Counted from the stretch's first letter, positions 19,895 through 30,648 are shown. The stretch is 64,000 nucleotides of DNA from Candidatus Dojkabacteria bacterium (GCA_035444565.1 DAOMOX010000001.1:322335-386334); one strand, 5' to 3'. Notes: generated by a model not told the origin, from the sequence alone. A program made the numbers and translations.

Positions 19895-20182
19895 ATGATG
19901 GCAAAAAAGGTGTGTGATAAAGGGCATAAGTTTACAAAAAGCAGCGATTGTTTGACCTGCCCTATCTGTGCAAAGGAAGAATCAGAATCAATCTACACAA
20001 ATGGATATCCAAAAGTCGGGTCTCCAGCTTTGAATGCGCTAAAACACAATGGAATTACTCCCTCGGATTTAACAAAATATTCAGAAGAAGAATTGCTTAA
20101 AATTCATGGTATTGGCCCAAAGGCTATAGACATACTACGTATATATCTTAACGAAAAAGGCTTAAAATTTAGAAATAAGTAA
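19895..20182 (+). CDS. Small protein with Zn-finger-like N-terminus and RNAP alpha-CTD-like HhH domain
   Basis: CDKGH..KSSDCLTCPIC and DLTKYSEEELLKIHGIGPKAI. Confidence 0.75.
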   Translation: MMAKKVCDKGHKFTKSSDCLTCPICAKEESESIYTNGYPKVGSPALNALKHNGITPSDLTKYSEEELLKIHGIGPKAIDILRIYLNEKGLKFRNK

Positions 20183-20341
20183 AGTTTCTTCATCTAGTAA
20201 TCGTCAATTATGAGAGTTCTTTTCCCATTTCGAAGATACTCCACAAATTCTGACCATGAAAAGACAAAAGTTAAACTTTTTCAGAATTTCCAAATCATAC
20301 AATTAAATTATATAATTCCCTATATTTATTAACTCGTTAAT

Positions 20342-20935
20342 ATGCTGGATGAGCGATTCGTAATAATTGCAGGAATCATTAATATTTCCGGAATCTTACT
20401 ATATGTCTACGACACCATTAAAGGCCACTCAAAACCAAATCGAGTAACTTGGTTTCTATGGTCGCTTGTTCCCTTTATTGCCTTCTCCGCACAAATTAAA
20501 CAAGGCGTAGGACTTACATCTATCCTTACTTTTACATCAGGGTTTGGTCCATTTATGGTTTTGGTCGCTTCTTTGTTGAATAAAAATGCTTATTGGGAAC
20601 TTAAACGTTTTGATTTGGTTTGTGGGGCAATCGCAGTCCTCGGAGTAATCTTGTGGTTAGTGACAAAAAATCCTAATTTAGCAATCATTTTTTCAATCAC
20701 TGCAGATGGATTTGCAGCCTTACCCACATTAGTAAAGTCATTTAAATTCCCGGAGACAGAGAGTATGGTTACTTATTTATTAGCTTCGTTTGGAGCTTTA
20801 TTAACTTTATTCACCATAGACACTTGGAAACTTGAATTCTTTGCTTTTCCTTTGTACATCTTCATCTTGTGTTTAACCATAACAATATTTATAAAATTTA
20901 AAGTGGGGGCTAGATTTGGATTTAAAAAGATTTAA
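20342..20935 (+). CDS. Membrane protein with two internal repeats (PQ-loop-like)
   Basis: KPNRVTWFLW and PTLVKSFKFPETE; about 6-7 TM. Confidence 0.65.
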   Translation: MLDERFVIIAGIINISGILLYVYDTIKGHSKPNRVTWFLWSLVPFIAFSAQIKQGVGLTSILTFTSGFGPFMVLVASLLNKNAYWELKRFDLVCGAIAVLGVILWLVTKNPNLAIIFSITADGFAALPTLVKSFKFPETESMVTYLLASFGALLTLFTIDTWKLEFFAFPLYIFILCLTITIFIKFKVGARFGFKKI

Positions 20936-21008
20936 GGAAAAAACTAGATTTCACAGATATATCCAACCTCATTAAATATGCTAAAATCAAATAATTAGAG
21001 TTTCCCTG

Positions 21009-21695
21009 ATGAACAGAACTTTCAACACCCTTTTCTTACTTATTTCTGTCGACGGAAAGATTTCAACGGGAAGCGTTCCTGATAGAGATGTAGACAAAGA
21101 TTACAAAAACCTACCCGGTATTAAAGAAGGTCTTCATCAATACTACGAAATCGAGAAAACTACAGACAATTTCTCCCTGAACTCTGGCTTTGTGATGTCA
21201 AAAATAGGTGTAAATACTGACCAAAATCCAATTCATTGTCCAGGTGTAAACTTTATAATTATTGATAACAAGAACCTAAACACACAAGGGATTAGAAATC
21301 TTTGCGATAACGTAAAAACTTTATTTTTAGTAACAACCAACGAGAACCATCCAGCTTTCAAGCTTGAAAATGACAATCTAGAGATCATTTTTTACGAAAG
21401 TGAAGTAGATTTTAAAGATTTATTTGCTCGATTAAGGAATGATTACAAAGCGGAAAGAGTCACAATACAATCTGGGGGGACACTTAACTCTGTTTTCCTA
21501 AGGAAGGGATTAATCGATAGGGTTTCAATTGTAGTAGCACCTTGTTTAATAGGAGGAAAAGACACCTCCTCACTTATTGATGGGGATTCACTAATATCTG
21601 AGGCCGATTTAAAAAACATTAAATCCCTTACACTAGAAAGTGTGAAGCAATTACGAGACAATTATTTGCATATTATCTATAACGTTAATAATTAA
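21009..21695 (+). CDS. RibD C-terminal/DHFR-family reductase
   Basis: SVDGKI, QSGGTLN, GLIDRVSIVVAPCLIGG. Confidence 0.85.
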   Translation: MNRTFNTLFLLISVDGKISTGSVPDRDVDKDYKNLPGIKEGLHQYYEIEKTTDNFSLNSGFVMSKIGVNTDQNPIHCPGVNFIIIDNKNLNTQGIRNLCDNVKTLFLVTTNENHPAFKLENDNLEIIFYESEVDFKDLFARLRNDYKAERVTIQSGGTLNSVFLRKGLIDRVSIVVAPCLIGGKDTSSLIDGDSLISEADLKNIKSLTLESVKQLRDNYLHIIYNVNN

Positions 21696-21697
21696 TT

Positions 21698-22273
21698 ATG
21701 AAGAATGCCATCATCCTACACGGAACCTGCTCAGAACAAGAATATCTGGATACCCAATCACCACCTTTATCGTCAAATCATTGGATTCCATGGCTACAAA
21801 AACATCTTTTAATTTCGGGTATTCATGCTAGATCTCCTCAAATACCAGAAGCTCATAAACCTGATTACCAAAAATGGAAAACCGAATTTGAAATGAATAT
21901 CGATAAAGATGTCCAAATCTTAGTGGGTCATAGTTGCGGCGGTGGTTTTTTGACAAGATGGCTTTCAGAAAATACTAGAAGCTTTGAAACAGTAGTCTTA
22001 GTAGCTCCTTGGCTCGATCCAGACAGAGTGAAAACTACCGATTTCTTCAATTTTGAAATCGATACAAACCTACCCTCTCGTATAAAAAATTTTTCATTGT
22101 TTATATCGAAAGACGACGATAAAGATATATTGGAGTCAGTAGAAATGATTAAAAGTAAGATACCTTCAATAAAGCTTTATGAGTTCGAAGACAAAGGTCA
22201 CTTCACAATTGAAGAGTCAAAAAGAAACGACTTCCCAGAATTACTCGAAGTAATAATAAGGGAAGCCGTATAG
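21698..22273 (+). CDS. RBBP9/YdeN-family alpha/beta hydrolase
   Basis: ILHG, WIPWL, GHSCGG, SKDD, GHF. Confidence 0.85.
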   Translation: MKNAIILHGTCSEQEYLDTQSPPLSSNHWIPWLQKHLLISGIHARSPQIPEAHKPDYQKWKTEFEMNIDKDVQILVGHSCGGGFLTRWLSENTRSFETVVLVAPWLDPDRVKTTDFFNFEIDTNLPSRIKNFSLFISKDDDKDILESVEMIKSKIPSIKLYEFEDKGHFTIEESKRNDFPELLEVIIREAV

Positions 22274-22291
22274 ATTCAAAAGAAGATTTAC

Positions 22292-22582
22292 TTACGCATC
22301 CATTTTCTTTTTGGCATCTTTCTTTGCTTCATTTACATCTTTTTTCAATTCTTTTTGTGCATTCTCAGCCTTTTCTTTCCATGCTTCGGCTTTTCCCTTT
22401 AATTCCTCACCTTTTTCTTTAGCTTTTACTTTTGTTTCTGCAAGTTTGGATTCAGCATCAGCTTTCATTTTCTTAGCTTTGTCTGATTTTGCGAAAACTC
22501 CTAATGCTGTACCTACAGCTAAACCTGCTGCTGCTGCACCAACTGCTAATTTCTTTCCATTGTCTTTTGACGTATTTGCCAT
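22292..22582 (-). CDS. YtxH-like small protein
   Basis: Gly/Ala-rich helix followed by a Lys/Glu coil; probable start MANTSK. Confidence 0.65.
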   Translation of the reverse strand: MANTSKDNGKKLAVGAAAAGLAVGTALGVFAKSDKAKKMKADAESKLAETKVKAKEKGEELKGKAEAWKEKAENAQKELKKDVNEAKKDAKKKMDA

Positions 22583-22726
22583 ATGAAATAACATAAAAAT
22601 TAAATTATCTGTATATATTATACCTATGAAAATCCTTGAATTGGGAATGTTTACACAATGTTGATGTAAATATTACAGACCCGAAACATAATTTCTATGT
22701 GAAAACCAATGATATTGATTGTCACT

Positions 22727-23605
22727 TCATTTGATAACCAACAGGATTAACCCTATGAAACTTAATGATGCAGCTATTAATTTCTTTGATAAATCTTTTC
22801 TTTCTTTTAACAAGACAATACCCAAAAGTACGGTAACTATACTTCCAACCTGTCCAACACCAGAGACTAGAGAGGCATTATCCGCCTGTGTTAATGCAGC
22901 AAAGAATGTTATTGCTGCGATAGCGTACAAGGTCGAGAATAGTAAAATCTTGGGTCCAAGTTTTTCTTTCAATAATTCCACTGATTCAGGGATGGATTTC
23001 GGCCTAGCAAGAAATAGAATCATTCCTGGGACTATGAAATCCACGAAGAGATAAGGGACATAATCAAACCAATCCAATAAATATTTATCACTGACTGTTG
23101 CAACACCAAATGTAACAGCCGCTAATAGAGCGTAGATTTCTCCTCGCGTGAATTTAAAGAGTCCTTTAATTGACGTTGTATTCAGGAAAACTATTGCAGA
23201 TAAAATTAACAAAGCACCAAATAATTGAATGATTGTTAATTTCTCATCTAAAAAGAGTGTGGCAACAAGAATGGTAATAACCGCTCTTAGCGAATAAATA
23301 ACAGTAAATCTAGAAACTTCCACACTTTGGAGTGCTTTGAAACCAAACACAGCATGGAGGGCATATAAAATACTTGAAAATAGTATGAACAGATAAAGAT
23401 TATTTGAGAAGATTTGTTCGATAGTGGGGAAATTCTGACTACCGATAATAAATGCTATTACCAAACAGACAATAGCACTAATTACTTGAGTCAAGGCGGA
23501 ATATGCATACGAGCCCGAAACTTTATTTTTCATGAGGACTCGTTGCAAAATCGAACCTAAAGATCCCGTTATAACCGAAAGTGTTATGAAAAACAACCAG
23601 TTCAT
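22727..23605 (-). CDS. EamA/DMT transporter
   Basis: About 10 TM in two repeats; FLDEKL..GALLIL, LLKER. Confidence 0.88.
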   Translation of the reverse strand: MNWLFFITLSVITGSLGSILQRVLMKNKVSGSYAYSALTQVISAIVCLVIAFIIGSQNFPTIEQIFSNNLYLFILFSSILYALHAVFGFKALQSVEVSRFTVIYSLRAVITILVATLFLDEKLTIIQLFGALLILSAIVFLNTTSIKGLFKFTRGEIYALLAAVTFGVATVSDKYLLDWFDYVPYLFVDFIVPGMILFLARPKSIPESVELLKEKLGPKILLFSTLYAIAAITFFAALTQADNASLVSGVGQVGSIVTVLLGIVLLKERKDLSKKLIAASLSFIGLILLVIK

Positions 23606-24447
23606 TCTACTTCCCCTTGTTTAACATACGAAAACTCAGGCTCATCCTCTTTTGACCTATCGGTGTACTCAACTTCTTTTACCATATTGTTAATCATTTT
23701 CTCTGCTAAGCCTGGGAAGAATCTGTAAACGTTTGAAAAAGTTTGACTTGATCCAGGAATAACAATTCTTCTTTTGTCAGTGAATGTTGCTTCGTAAACC
23801 TTTTCTGCCACTTCATCAACTGTAAGAGCTTTACCCATCTTGGAAATATCGATATCTGCCTTGGAAGGATCAAAGAACTCTGTTATGACTGCTCCAGGAT
23901 GTAAAGTTGTGATTCTGACATTAAATTTCTTAAGCTCTGATCTGATGGAATCAGCAAAACCTGTAATAGCCCATTTGCTAGCGACATAGACAGACCATTG
24001 AGGCATGGTAATCAGTCCAGCCAATGACGAACAGAAAATAATGTGTCCGAAATTCTGCCTCACCATCACCTCTGTTGCAAATTTCGCAACCATAATCATT
24101 CCTTTTACGTTTACATCGAGGACTTTTTCAATTTCGTCTGCTGGTAATTCATAAATATTCCCCACAAAACCGATTCCTGCATTATTAAAAACTACATCAA
24201 TTTGTCTACCGTCTTTCGTTGCATCCAAAAATAGATTTCTCACATCGTCAATTTTTGTTACATCAGTTTGGAAAACTTCTGCTTTTCCGCCAAGTTCTTC
24301 AACCTTCGCCTTTACCTCTTCTAGTTTTTCTAATCTTCGTGCAGCCAATAATACAGTGGCGCCATCCTTAGCTGCTCTTAATGCGAATCCCATTCCAATT
24401 CCGCTAGATGCTCCGGTAACTAAAACTACTTTGTCTTTAAGTTTCAT
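23602..24447 (-). CDS. Short-chain dehydrogenase/reductase
   Basis: TGASSGIG, NNAG, YVASK. Confidence 0.93.
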   Translation of the reverse strand: MKLKDKVVLVTGASSGIGMGFALRAAKDGATVLLAARRLEKLEEVKAKVEELGGKAEVFQTDVTKIDDVRNLFLDATKDGRQIDVVFNNAGIGFVGNIYELPADEIEKVLDVNVKGMIMVAKFATEVMVRQNFGHIIFCSSLAGLITMPQWSVYVASKWAITGFADSIRSELKKFNVRITTLHPGAVITEFFDPSKADIDISKMGKALTVDEVAEKVYEATFTDKRRIVIPGSSQTFSNVYRFFPGLAEKMINNMVKEVEYTDRSKEDEPEFSYVKQGEVE

Positions 24448-24538
24448 AAATTAGTTATAAAAATTAATATATTCTCGAACACATAATAGCGGATTAATTA
24501 GTGGAATTAAACATAGGTGGATTTATTTAGTATTTTGA

Positions 24539-24829
24539 TTAATTCGGGTAAGCTGTTCCCTCTTCGTTAACAATAACTAAGTACTCTTCTAATAAGGTTT
24601 GATAGTCAACCTCTTTTGGAATATGCAAAGCTAATATTGCGAACGGGCCACCTAAATCGTGAAAATCTTTATTAAATAGAGGATATAAAGTTACAAAGTC
24701 CACACGATTTCCATCAAAGGGGCTTACATAGTAAAACAGACCGTCTGGAGACATCACAAGTGAGCCAGATATAATGTGTGTTCTTGGAATTAATTCTATT
24801 TTTCCATCGCCTTCTTCCATTGTTATCAT
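24539..24829 (-). CDS. Hypothetical protein
   Basis: Fills the intergenic space; TATAAT upstream; no motif recognised. Confidence 0.45.
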   Translation of the reverse strand: MITMEEGDGKIELIPRTHIISGSLVMSPDGLFYYVSPFDGNRVDFVTLYPLFNKDFHDLGGPFAILALHIPKEVDYQTLLEEYLVIVNEEGTAYPN

Positions 24830-24917
24830 TCAATACTCACGATTATACACCAAGTCATTACTAGAATAATGTCCGAATTTATGGAATAATGTATATAATA
24901 TTTATTATTGAAAATTT

Positions 24918-25214
24918 ATGGATATCAATGATTTTGCCAAATTGGTTCTAGTACTTTCTCTCTCTTTCAGTTTAGTTGGAATCGCAATACAAATCATGCG
25001 ACTACTTGGGACAACTAACGAAACTCTAAAATTGTCTCATGATATTCTAAAGAGCTTAACAAAACTTGGTGAGAAAGTTACAGAAGATTATTCAAAATTT
25101 AGTACTCACCTATTAACTCTCTCAGAATCTGTTTCAAGAATTGGTACGGATGTAATAGTGCCGGTTGTTGGCTTATTTAGTTTTCTTGATAGATTCAAGT
25201 CTTCAAAAAAATAA
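24918..25214 (+). CDS. Small membrane protein (DUF948-like)
   Basis: TM plus amphipathic helix; precedes a ytxH-like gene. Confidence 0.55.
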   Translation: MDINDFAKLVLVLSLSFSLVGIAIQIMRLLGTTNETLKLSHDILKSLTKLGEKVTEDYSKFSTHLLTLSESVSRIGTDVIVPVVGLFSFLDRFKSSKK

Positions 25215-25250
25215 TAGTATTTAATTATTTCTACTTATTAAATATTTAAA

Positions 25251-25559
25251 ATGTCCGAATATTCAAAAAGGAAAGCTCAATCTTCAGGGGGATTACTCGG
25301 TGGAATAGTTCTAGGTGGATTAATTGGCGCGACTCTAGGTGTATTATTCGCTCCTAAAAAAGGTGAGGATACCAGAAAACAAATTAAGAAAACTGGAGAG
25401 AAATATTACAAAACGGGGAAAGTAAAAGTAGAAGAACTAAAAAAGAAGGAAATTGATCCTAGATTGAAAACACTCGAGAAAGAAGCGAAGAAGCGCGTTT
25501 CCGATGTCGAAAGAAGTGTAAAAAAAGTTGTTGCTGATAAAACTCCAAGCAAAAAATAG
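25251..25559 (+). CDS. YtxH domain protein
   Basis: GGLIGATLGVLFAPKKGEDTR. Confidence 0.88.
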   Translation: MSEYSKRKAQSSGGLLGGIVLGGLIGATLGVLFAPKKGEDTRKQIKKTGEKYYKTGKVKVEELKKKEIDPRLKTLEKEAKKRVSDVERSVKKVVADKTPSKK

Positions 25560-25617
25560 TATTTGAATATAACTAAGAATCTCAAATATACTGTCACTAG
25601 GCAATTTCTGTAAGTGA

Positions 25618-25672
25618 TGATATAATATTAATACTTATTCTTTGGCTGTTAGTTGCCGTCTACAGCTGAGGA
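25618..25672 (+). promoter_or_regulatory. rpsO promoter and leader hairpin
   Basis: TGATATAAT at 25618-25626; stem tctttggctgt/acagctgagga at 25639-25672 with G-U pairs. Confidence 0.55.
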
Positions 25673-25699
25673 TTCTAGTTAAATTATTAAAAACATAAA

Positions 25700-25969
25700 A
25701 TGGCACTTACAAAAGAACAAAAGTTGGATGTTATTTCCAAATACCGTACTAGTGATAGTGATACAGGATCACCACAAGTTCAAATCGCACTTCTTACTCA
25801 CGAGATAAACGATCTTATCGAGCACCTTAAAATTCACAAGAAAGACAAACACTCAAGACGTGGTCTACTTGGAATGGTTGGAAGCAGAATGAGGTTGATG
25901 AAATATCTTGAGAAAAAAGAAGGAGTGGATGCTGTGAATAAACTCAAAAAACAGCTAAAGCTTAACTAA
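25700..25969 (+). CDS. rpsO: 30S ribosomal protein S15
   Basis: [24 protein letters not shown]. Confidence 0.98.
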   Translation: MALTKEQKLDVISKYRTSDSDTGSPQVQIALLTHEINDLIEHLKIHKKDKHSRRGLLGMVGSRMRLMKYLEKKEGVDAVNKLKKQLKLN

Positions 25970-26021
25970 ACTTTCCTTACAACTCTTTTTCCAATACCCT
26001 CTTTTTTGGGTACAATAGGTT

Positions 26022-27074
26022 ATGGCTTACGGAAATTATAAAGCACAACCCAAATACTCAAGTCTGAGACGTAAACGTAGGATGAATGTTGTTCGTACTC
26101 CGGACATATCCGGTTCTAGAAATATTTTTTTAGGTGTAATAGCTCTTCTAATTATTGTTTTGCTGATTTTCTCATTATTAAAATTTATAACATCCGGGTA
26201 TTTCAATATAAAAGAACTTAACATTATCGGACTTAGGGGCATTGAATATAACGAGGTTGATAAAAACCTCAGTGAATACTATGAGGAAAACATATTATTT
26301 ATAAGTAGTAACGAGTTAGAAAGGAAACTTTCAGAAAGTTTCCCTTCTTTTAAGTCAGTAAAAGTGAAAAAGTTTTGGCCTAACAAAATTCAAATCTACA
26401 TTTCAGAGAAACAACCACTACTCTATTATGTTAACTTTACAGGGGTTTACATAGTTGACGAAGATGGATTAATCACCAAAATTATTTATTCTGATCAAAT
26501 CAATTTCAACGATGAACAATTAAACGTTATTACAGGTGCAGAAGGCATAAATTCCAAACTGGTCGTAGAGCGTCTTGCGTCAGAATATGCCTTGACTCAA
26601 GAGGAACTTCCTGACGGAGAAAAGGTTGATTTTGACTTTAACACCGTCCCTATTGACCGAAAATTTGAGATGTTGAATACAATAAGAGAAGAACTCATTG
26701 ATCAATCCCTAACAATTCTCCAAAACTATGCACTTCAGTTCGACCCAAGTGTATACCCCGATTTAAAAACAGTCTATGTATTTGAAAACAAGAAATACGA
26801 GATTCGCGAACCAGTAGATGAAAATAGAGTTACTCTCACAAGTGAAGTTTTGAGGTTTTTAACGCTAAAAAACATTACAATCGTTGAGGTAAACTGGGAG
26901 GGTAAATTTCTTGTCAGATTTAAGACTGATACGGGTAAACAGTATATCTTTGGAACCACCAGAGTTTTGTCAGAACAACTTGAAGATTTCGAGATTCTGC
27001 TAGCAGAATTTAGTAAAGAAAATAAAAATTATTCCGAATTTGATTTTAGCTCTCGCAAAGTTTCTGTAAAATGA
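26022..27074 (+). CDS. ftsQ: Cell division protein FtsQ/DivIB
   Basis: TM and POTRA (VKKFWPNKIQIYISE); upstream of ftsA. Confidence 0.8.
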   Translation: MAYGNYKAQPKYSSLRRKRRMNVVRTPDISGSRNIFLGVIALLIIVLLIFSLLKFITSGYFNIKELNIIGLRGIEYNEVDKNLSEYYEENILFISSNELERKLSESFPSFKSVKVKKFWPNKIQIYISEKQPLLYYVNFTGVYIVDEDGLITKIIYSDQINFNDEQLNVITGAEGINSKLVVERLASEYALTQEELPDGEKVDFDFNTVPIDRKFEMLNTIREELIDQSLTILQNYALQFDPSVYPDLKTVYVFENKKYEIREPVDENRVTLTSEVLRFLTLKNITIVEVNWEGKFLVRFKTDTGKQYIFGTTRVLSEQLEDFEILLAEFSKENKNYSEFDFSSRKVSVK

Positions 27075-27172
27075 TATACTTTTTACTCTACTTGCGCATT
27101 GCTATGTAGTTAGATACATTTACATCGCACATCCGCTATAATAGAATATATTGATATTTCATTGAAATAACT

Positions 27173-28507
27173 ATGGCCGGTAGAATAATTACTGCGATTG
27201 ATATTGGATCTACGAAAATCTCAACTATTATCGCTTCTATGGAAGAAGGCGGAACACCTGCAGTTATTGGTGTTGCGACATCTCCTAGTCAAGGATTGAA
27301 GAAAGGCGTCATTGTGAATATTGATGATGCGATTAACTCTATTGCGAATTCTTTAGAAGCAGCCGAAAGAATGGCCGGACTCACTGTGTCCTCTATTTAC
27401 ATCTCAATCAACGGTAAACACATCACAAGTTTAAACAATAAAGGTGTTGTTGCTATTGCACAGGAAGAGATTACAACTGAAGACGTATTCCGCTCTATCG
27501 AAAGCGCTAGGACAGTTTCAATACCACCATCTAGAGACATTTTACATGTAATCCCTCGTGAGTTTATTGTGGACGCACAAGGCGACATAAAAGATCCTAT
27601 CGGAATGACTGGCACTAGACTAGAAGTAAACGCTCACATCATTTCTGCCACTACCTCTGCTCTTCATAATCTTGTGAAATGTGTTCAACAAATTGGACTA
27701 CAAGTAGACGATATTGTCTTCACAGGTTGGGCATCGTCTACAAGCGTATTGACACCTACAGAGAAAGAACTCGGAATCATGTGTTTAGATATTGGTGGTG
27801 GCACTACATCTATTACAACATTTGTGGAGGATGCCATTACTTACAGTAGCTCAGTTCCTTTTGGAGGTATTAATATCACAAGCGACTTAGCAATCGGTTT
27901 ACGTGTTTCACTAGAAGAAGCAGAAAAAATTAAACTAAACGCTGAAGAATTGATGAAAAACACATATGTAGCAGACGAAGAGAGCGAAGCAACAAAAAGA
28001 AGGAAAGCCCTTCTAGCAGGTGAATCAGAAGAGGAAGAAGACGATGATAAAAAAGAAACCAAAAAGAAAAAAGACGTTGTAGACATTTCCTCTCTAGATA
28101 TCAAAGGCATGAAAACGATGTCGAGGAAGCTATTTAACGAGATTGTCGAAGCTAGATTGAGCGAGATTTTTGATATCGTAATCAGACAGGTAGAACAGTC
28201 CGGAAACGAAACTCGCCTACCAGCTGGAATTGTTATCACTGGAGGATCAGCTCTTATACCAGGGATTGCTTCAGTTGCGAAGAAAGTTTTTGGTGTACCT
28301 GCACGAGTTGCTTATCCTAAAGGACTTGGTGGACTTGTTGATGAAATCTCATCCCCTGCATATGCTGTAGGACATGGCCTTGTACTTTACGGCTCATCTG
28401 AAGAAGGTTTTGAAACTAGCACAAAAAGAACAACAGCCAAATCGTCTAAGAAATCAGGAGGAATCGGTAATCGTATTTCCAGTTTCTTTAAGAATTTATT
28501 GCCATAG
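27173..28507 (+). CDS. ftsA: Cell division protein FtsA
   Basis: DIGSTKI, PIGMTGTRLE, DIGGGTT, ITGG, C-terminal amphipathic helix. Confidence 0.97.
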   Translation: MAGRIITAIDIGSTKISTIIASMEEGGTPAVIGVATSPSQGLKKGVIVNIDDAINSIANSLEAAERMAGLTVSSIYISINGKHITSLNNKGVVAIAQEEITTEDVFRSIESARTVSIPPSRDILHVIPREFIVDAQGDIKDPIGMTGTRLEVNAHIISATTSALHNLVKCVQQIGLQVDDIVFTGWASSTSVLTPTEKELGIMCLDIGGGTTSITTFVEDAITYSSSVPFGGINITSDLAIGLRVSLEEAEKIKLNAEELMKNTYVADEESEATKRRKALLAGESEEEEDDDKKETKKKKDVVDISSLDIKGMKTMSRKLFNEIVEARLSEIFDIVIRQVEQSGNETRLPAGIVITGGSALIPGIASVAKKVFGVPARVAYPKGLGGLVDEISSPAYAVGHGLVLYGSSEEGFETSTKRTTAKSSKKSGGIGNRISSFFKNLLP

Positions 28508-28639
28508 TACTTGCACAAATGGCATTTATTCATTAGACTGTTGTATTGCACACTCGCCTTACTTGATTAAAGCAAAGCTTTAATCTTATGCCTCTTGTTT
28601 ATATTTTTTCAATATTTTCATTTTGGAATTATTACAATT

Positions 28640-29788
28640 ATGCTTGTTAAACCTCAATCAACCAGTTTTGCGAAAATAAAAGTAGTAGGAGTTGGTGGTG
28701 CTGGCGGAAACGCTATAAACAATATGATCAAAAATCACGAAATTGAAGGCGTTGAATTCATTGCTGTAAATACAGATGCACAGGTACTCGCAAGCAACAG
28801 CGCAGAGATCAAATTGCGAATCGGAGAAGAGATTACAAGAGGCTTGGGTAGTGGAGGAAACCCTCAAATCGGGAGAAAAGCTGCTGAAGAGTCAGTCGAT
28901 TTACTACATGAACATTTAGCTGGTGCTGATATGGTTTTCATTACCGCCGGTATGGGTGGTGGAACTGGAACTGGTGCCTCTCCAGTAATTGCCGGAATTG
29001 CAAAAAATCTAGGTGCACTTACAATTGGAATCGTAGAGAAACCCTTCAATTTCGAAGGTCGAAGAAGGATGGAGACCGCAATACAAGGTATTGCAGAAAT
29101 TAAAGACAAAGTCGACACACTAATCGTTGTTCCCAATCAAAGATTACTTGATGTAATCGAAAGAAACATTTCTTTCATGGAAGCTATGAAAAAAGTTGAT
29201 GACGTCCTTGCTATGGCTGTTAAAAGTATTTCAGAACTTATCACTCAAGGAGGAATGATCAATGTAGACTTCGCGGATATTAAATCAATTATGTTAAACG
29301 CAGGGACAGCTTTGATGGGAATGGGTGTTGCTAGTGGTGAGGACAGAGCCAAAGAAGCCGCTAAAATGGCCATGGAGAGCCCCCTTCTCGAGGCTTCGAT
29401 AGAAGGTGCCACTGGAGTGCTCTTTAACATTTTCGGAGGCGATGACCTAGCAATGTACGAGATTGATGAAATTGCGAGAACTATCTCAGAAGTGGTTCAC
29501 CCTGATGCAAATATTTTCTTTGGTGCAAATGTTGACCCGTCTATGGACGAACAGTTACAGGTAACCGTCTTGGCAACTGGATTTGATACGAACAACCAAG
29601 GTATTCCTGTGCCCGCCGCACAGCCTAAACCAGTTCAAGAAGCTCCACGTAGTCCTGTTAATCCTATTAGAACACAACCTACAAAACCATCTAAACCAAT
29701 TTTTGACGACGATGACGATGATGATGACTACGATATGGACAGTTTGGAATCTACTCCATCATATATGAGGAGGAAGAAAGAGTATTAA
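28640..29788 (+). CDS. ftsZ: Cell division protein FtsZ
   Basis: GVGGAGGNA, GGGTGTG, NVDFAD; probable ATG at 28640. Confidence 0.98.
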   Translation: MLVKPQSTSFAKIKVVGVGGAGGNAINNMIKNHEIEGVEFIAVNTDAQVLASNSAEIKLRIGEEITRGLGSGGNPQIGRKAAEESVDLLHEHLAGADMVFITAGMGGGTGTGASPVIAGIAKNLGALTIGIVEKPFNFEGRRRMETAIQGIAEIKDKVDTLIVVPNQRLLDVIERNISFMEAMKKVDDVLAMAVKSISELITQGGMINVDFADIKSIMLNAGTALMGMGVASGEDRAKEAAKMAMESPLLEASIEGATGVLFNIFGGDDLAMYEIDEIARTISEVVHPDANIFFGANVDPSMDEQLQVTVLATGFDTNNQGIPVPAAQPKPVQEAPRSPVNPIRTQPTKPSKPIFDDDDDDDDYDMDSLESTPSYMRRKKEY

Positions 29789-30648
29789 ACAGGATTCGCC
29801 ACTACAACAAATCTATTCGCACTATTACCGTCAGGGTAACACGTGAAAAGTGTGAGAGTATCTTTGCCAATTTCTCCGGTAACTATTGAAACATCGTGAG
29901 GTTGTACAATCTTACTCTTTGCTACTCGATATTTGTATTCTTTTCCTTCCATCTTGACGATTACCTCATCACCAATTTTTACATTCTTTAATTCCGAGAA
30001 GGAAGCAGTTGGATCTTTTGTTCTTTCGTAATAATTTCCAGAAGCGCTATGACCATATATCACAGTATTATTTTTCATATCCGAGATTGGTAAGCCAGTA
30101 CCATTAAAATGTGCTAAACCACCTTCTAAGTAACTGTCATAAATTTCTTCTACTCCACTTTCGACATTTGCTATTACTCGAACGTCTTTAATGCCAAGTG
30201 ACGGAATTGATAATTGGAATTTACCTTTGTATTCATTACTAACTGGATCAGCTAAAAGTTGATTCGTTGCATAGGCTTCGTCTTTTAGCTCTTTAAAGTA
30301 TTCAGCTCCAGGGTTTGAAATGTACTCTGCTCTTGATACGTAGTTTTCGGAAGCAAGAGCAACATTTGTTGTATCGTAATAATCAACTTTTAGTTTTAGA
30401 TATTCTTTAAAATCAGGGAAGAATTGTTGATAAATCATTGTGAATCCCGCCACAATCAGAAAAACAGGAATCAATGCTCCAATGAATTTTGAGTTAATCA
30501 GGAATTCTTGAGTATTACCAACTACAGAAAATACAACATCACCAAGAGTAGTTTTCTTCTTTGGGAAATTATCATAATAATAGATGTTCGCCGAGGCAAC
30601 GGTGCCTACAGAGCGTACGGGGGCTTTAACGTACGAATACAGAGCCAT
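29785..30648 (-). CDS. Sortase
   Basis: TM, LSIPSLG, AHF, IYGHS, TLTLFTCYP..R. Confidence 0.92.
   Translation of the reverse strand: MALYSYVKAPVRSVGTVASANIYYYDNFPKKKTTLGDVVFSVVGNTQEFLINSKFIGALIPVFLIVAGFTMIYQQFFPDFKEYLKLKVDYYDTTNVALASENYVSRAEYISNPGAEYFKELKDEAYATNQLLADPVSNEYKGKFQLSIPSLGIKDVRVIANVESGVEEIYDSYLEGGLAHFNGTGLPISDMKNNTVIYGHSASGNYYERTKDPTASFSELKNVKIGDEVIVKMEGKEYKYRVAKSKIVQPHDVSIVTGEIGKDTLTLFTCYPDGNSANRFVVVANPV

Noticed and set aside
29706-29735. GAC/GAT triplet run
   Set aside because: Poly-Asp coding stretch in the FtsZ linker, not a contingency locus
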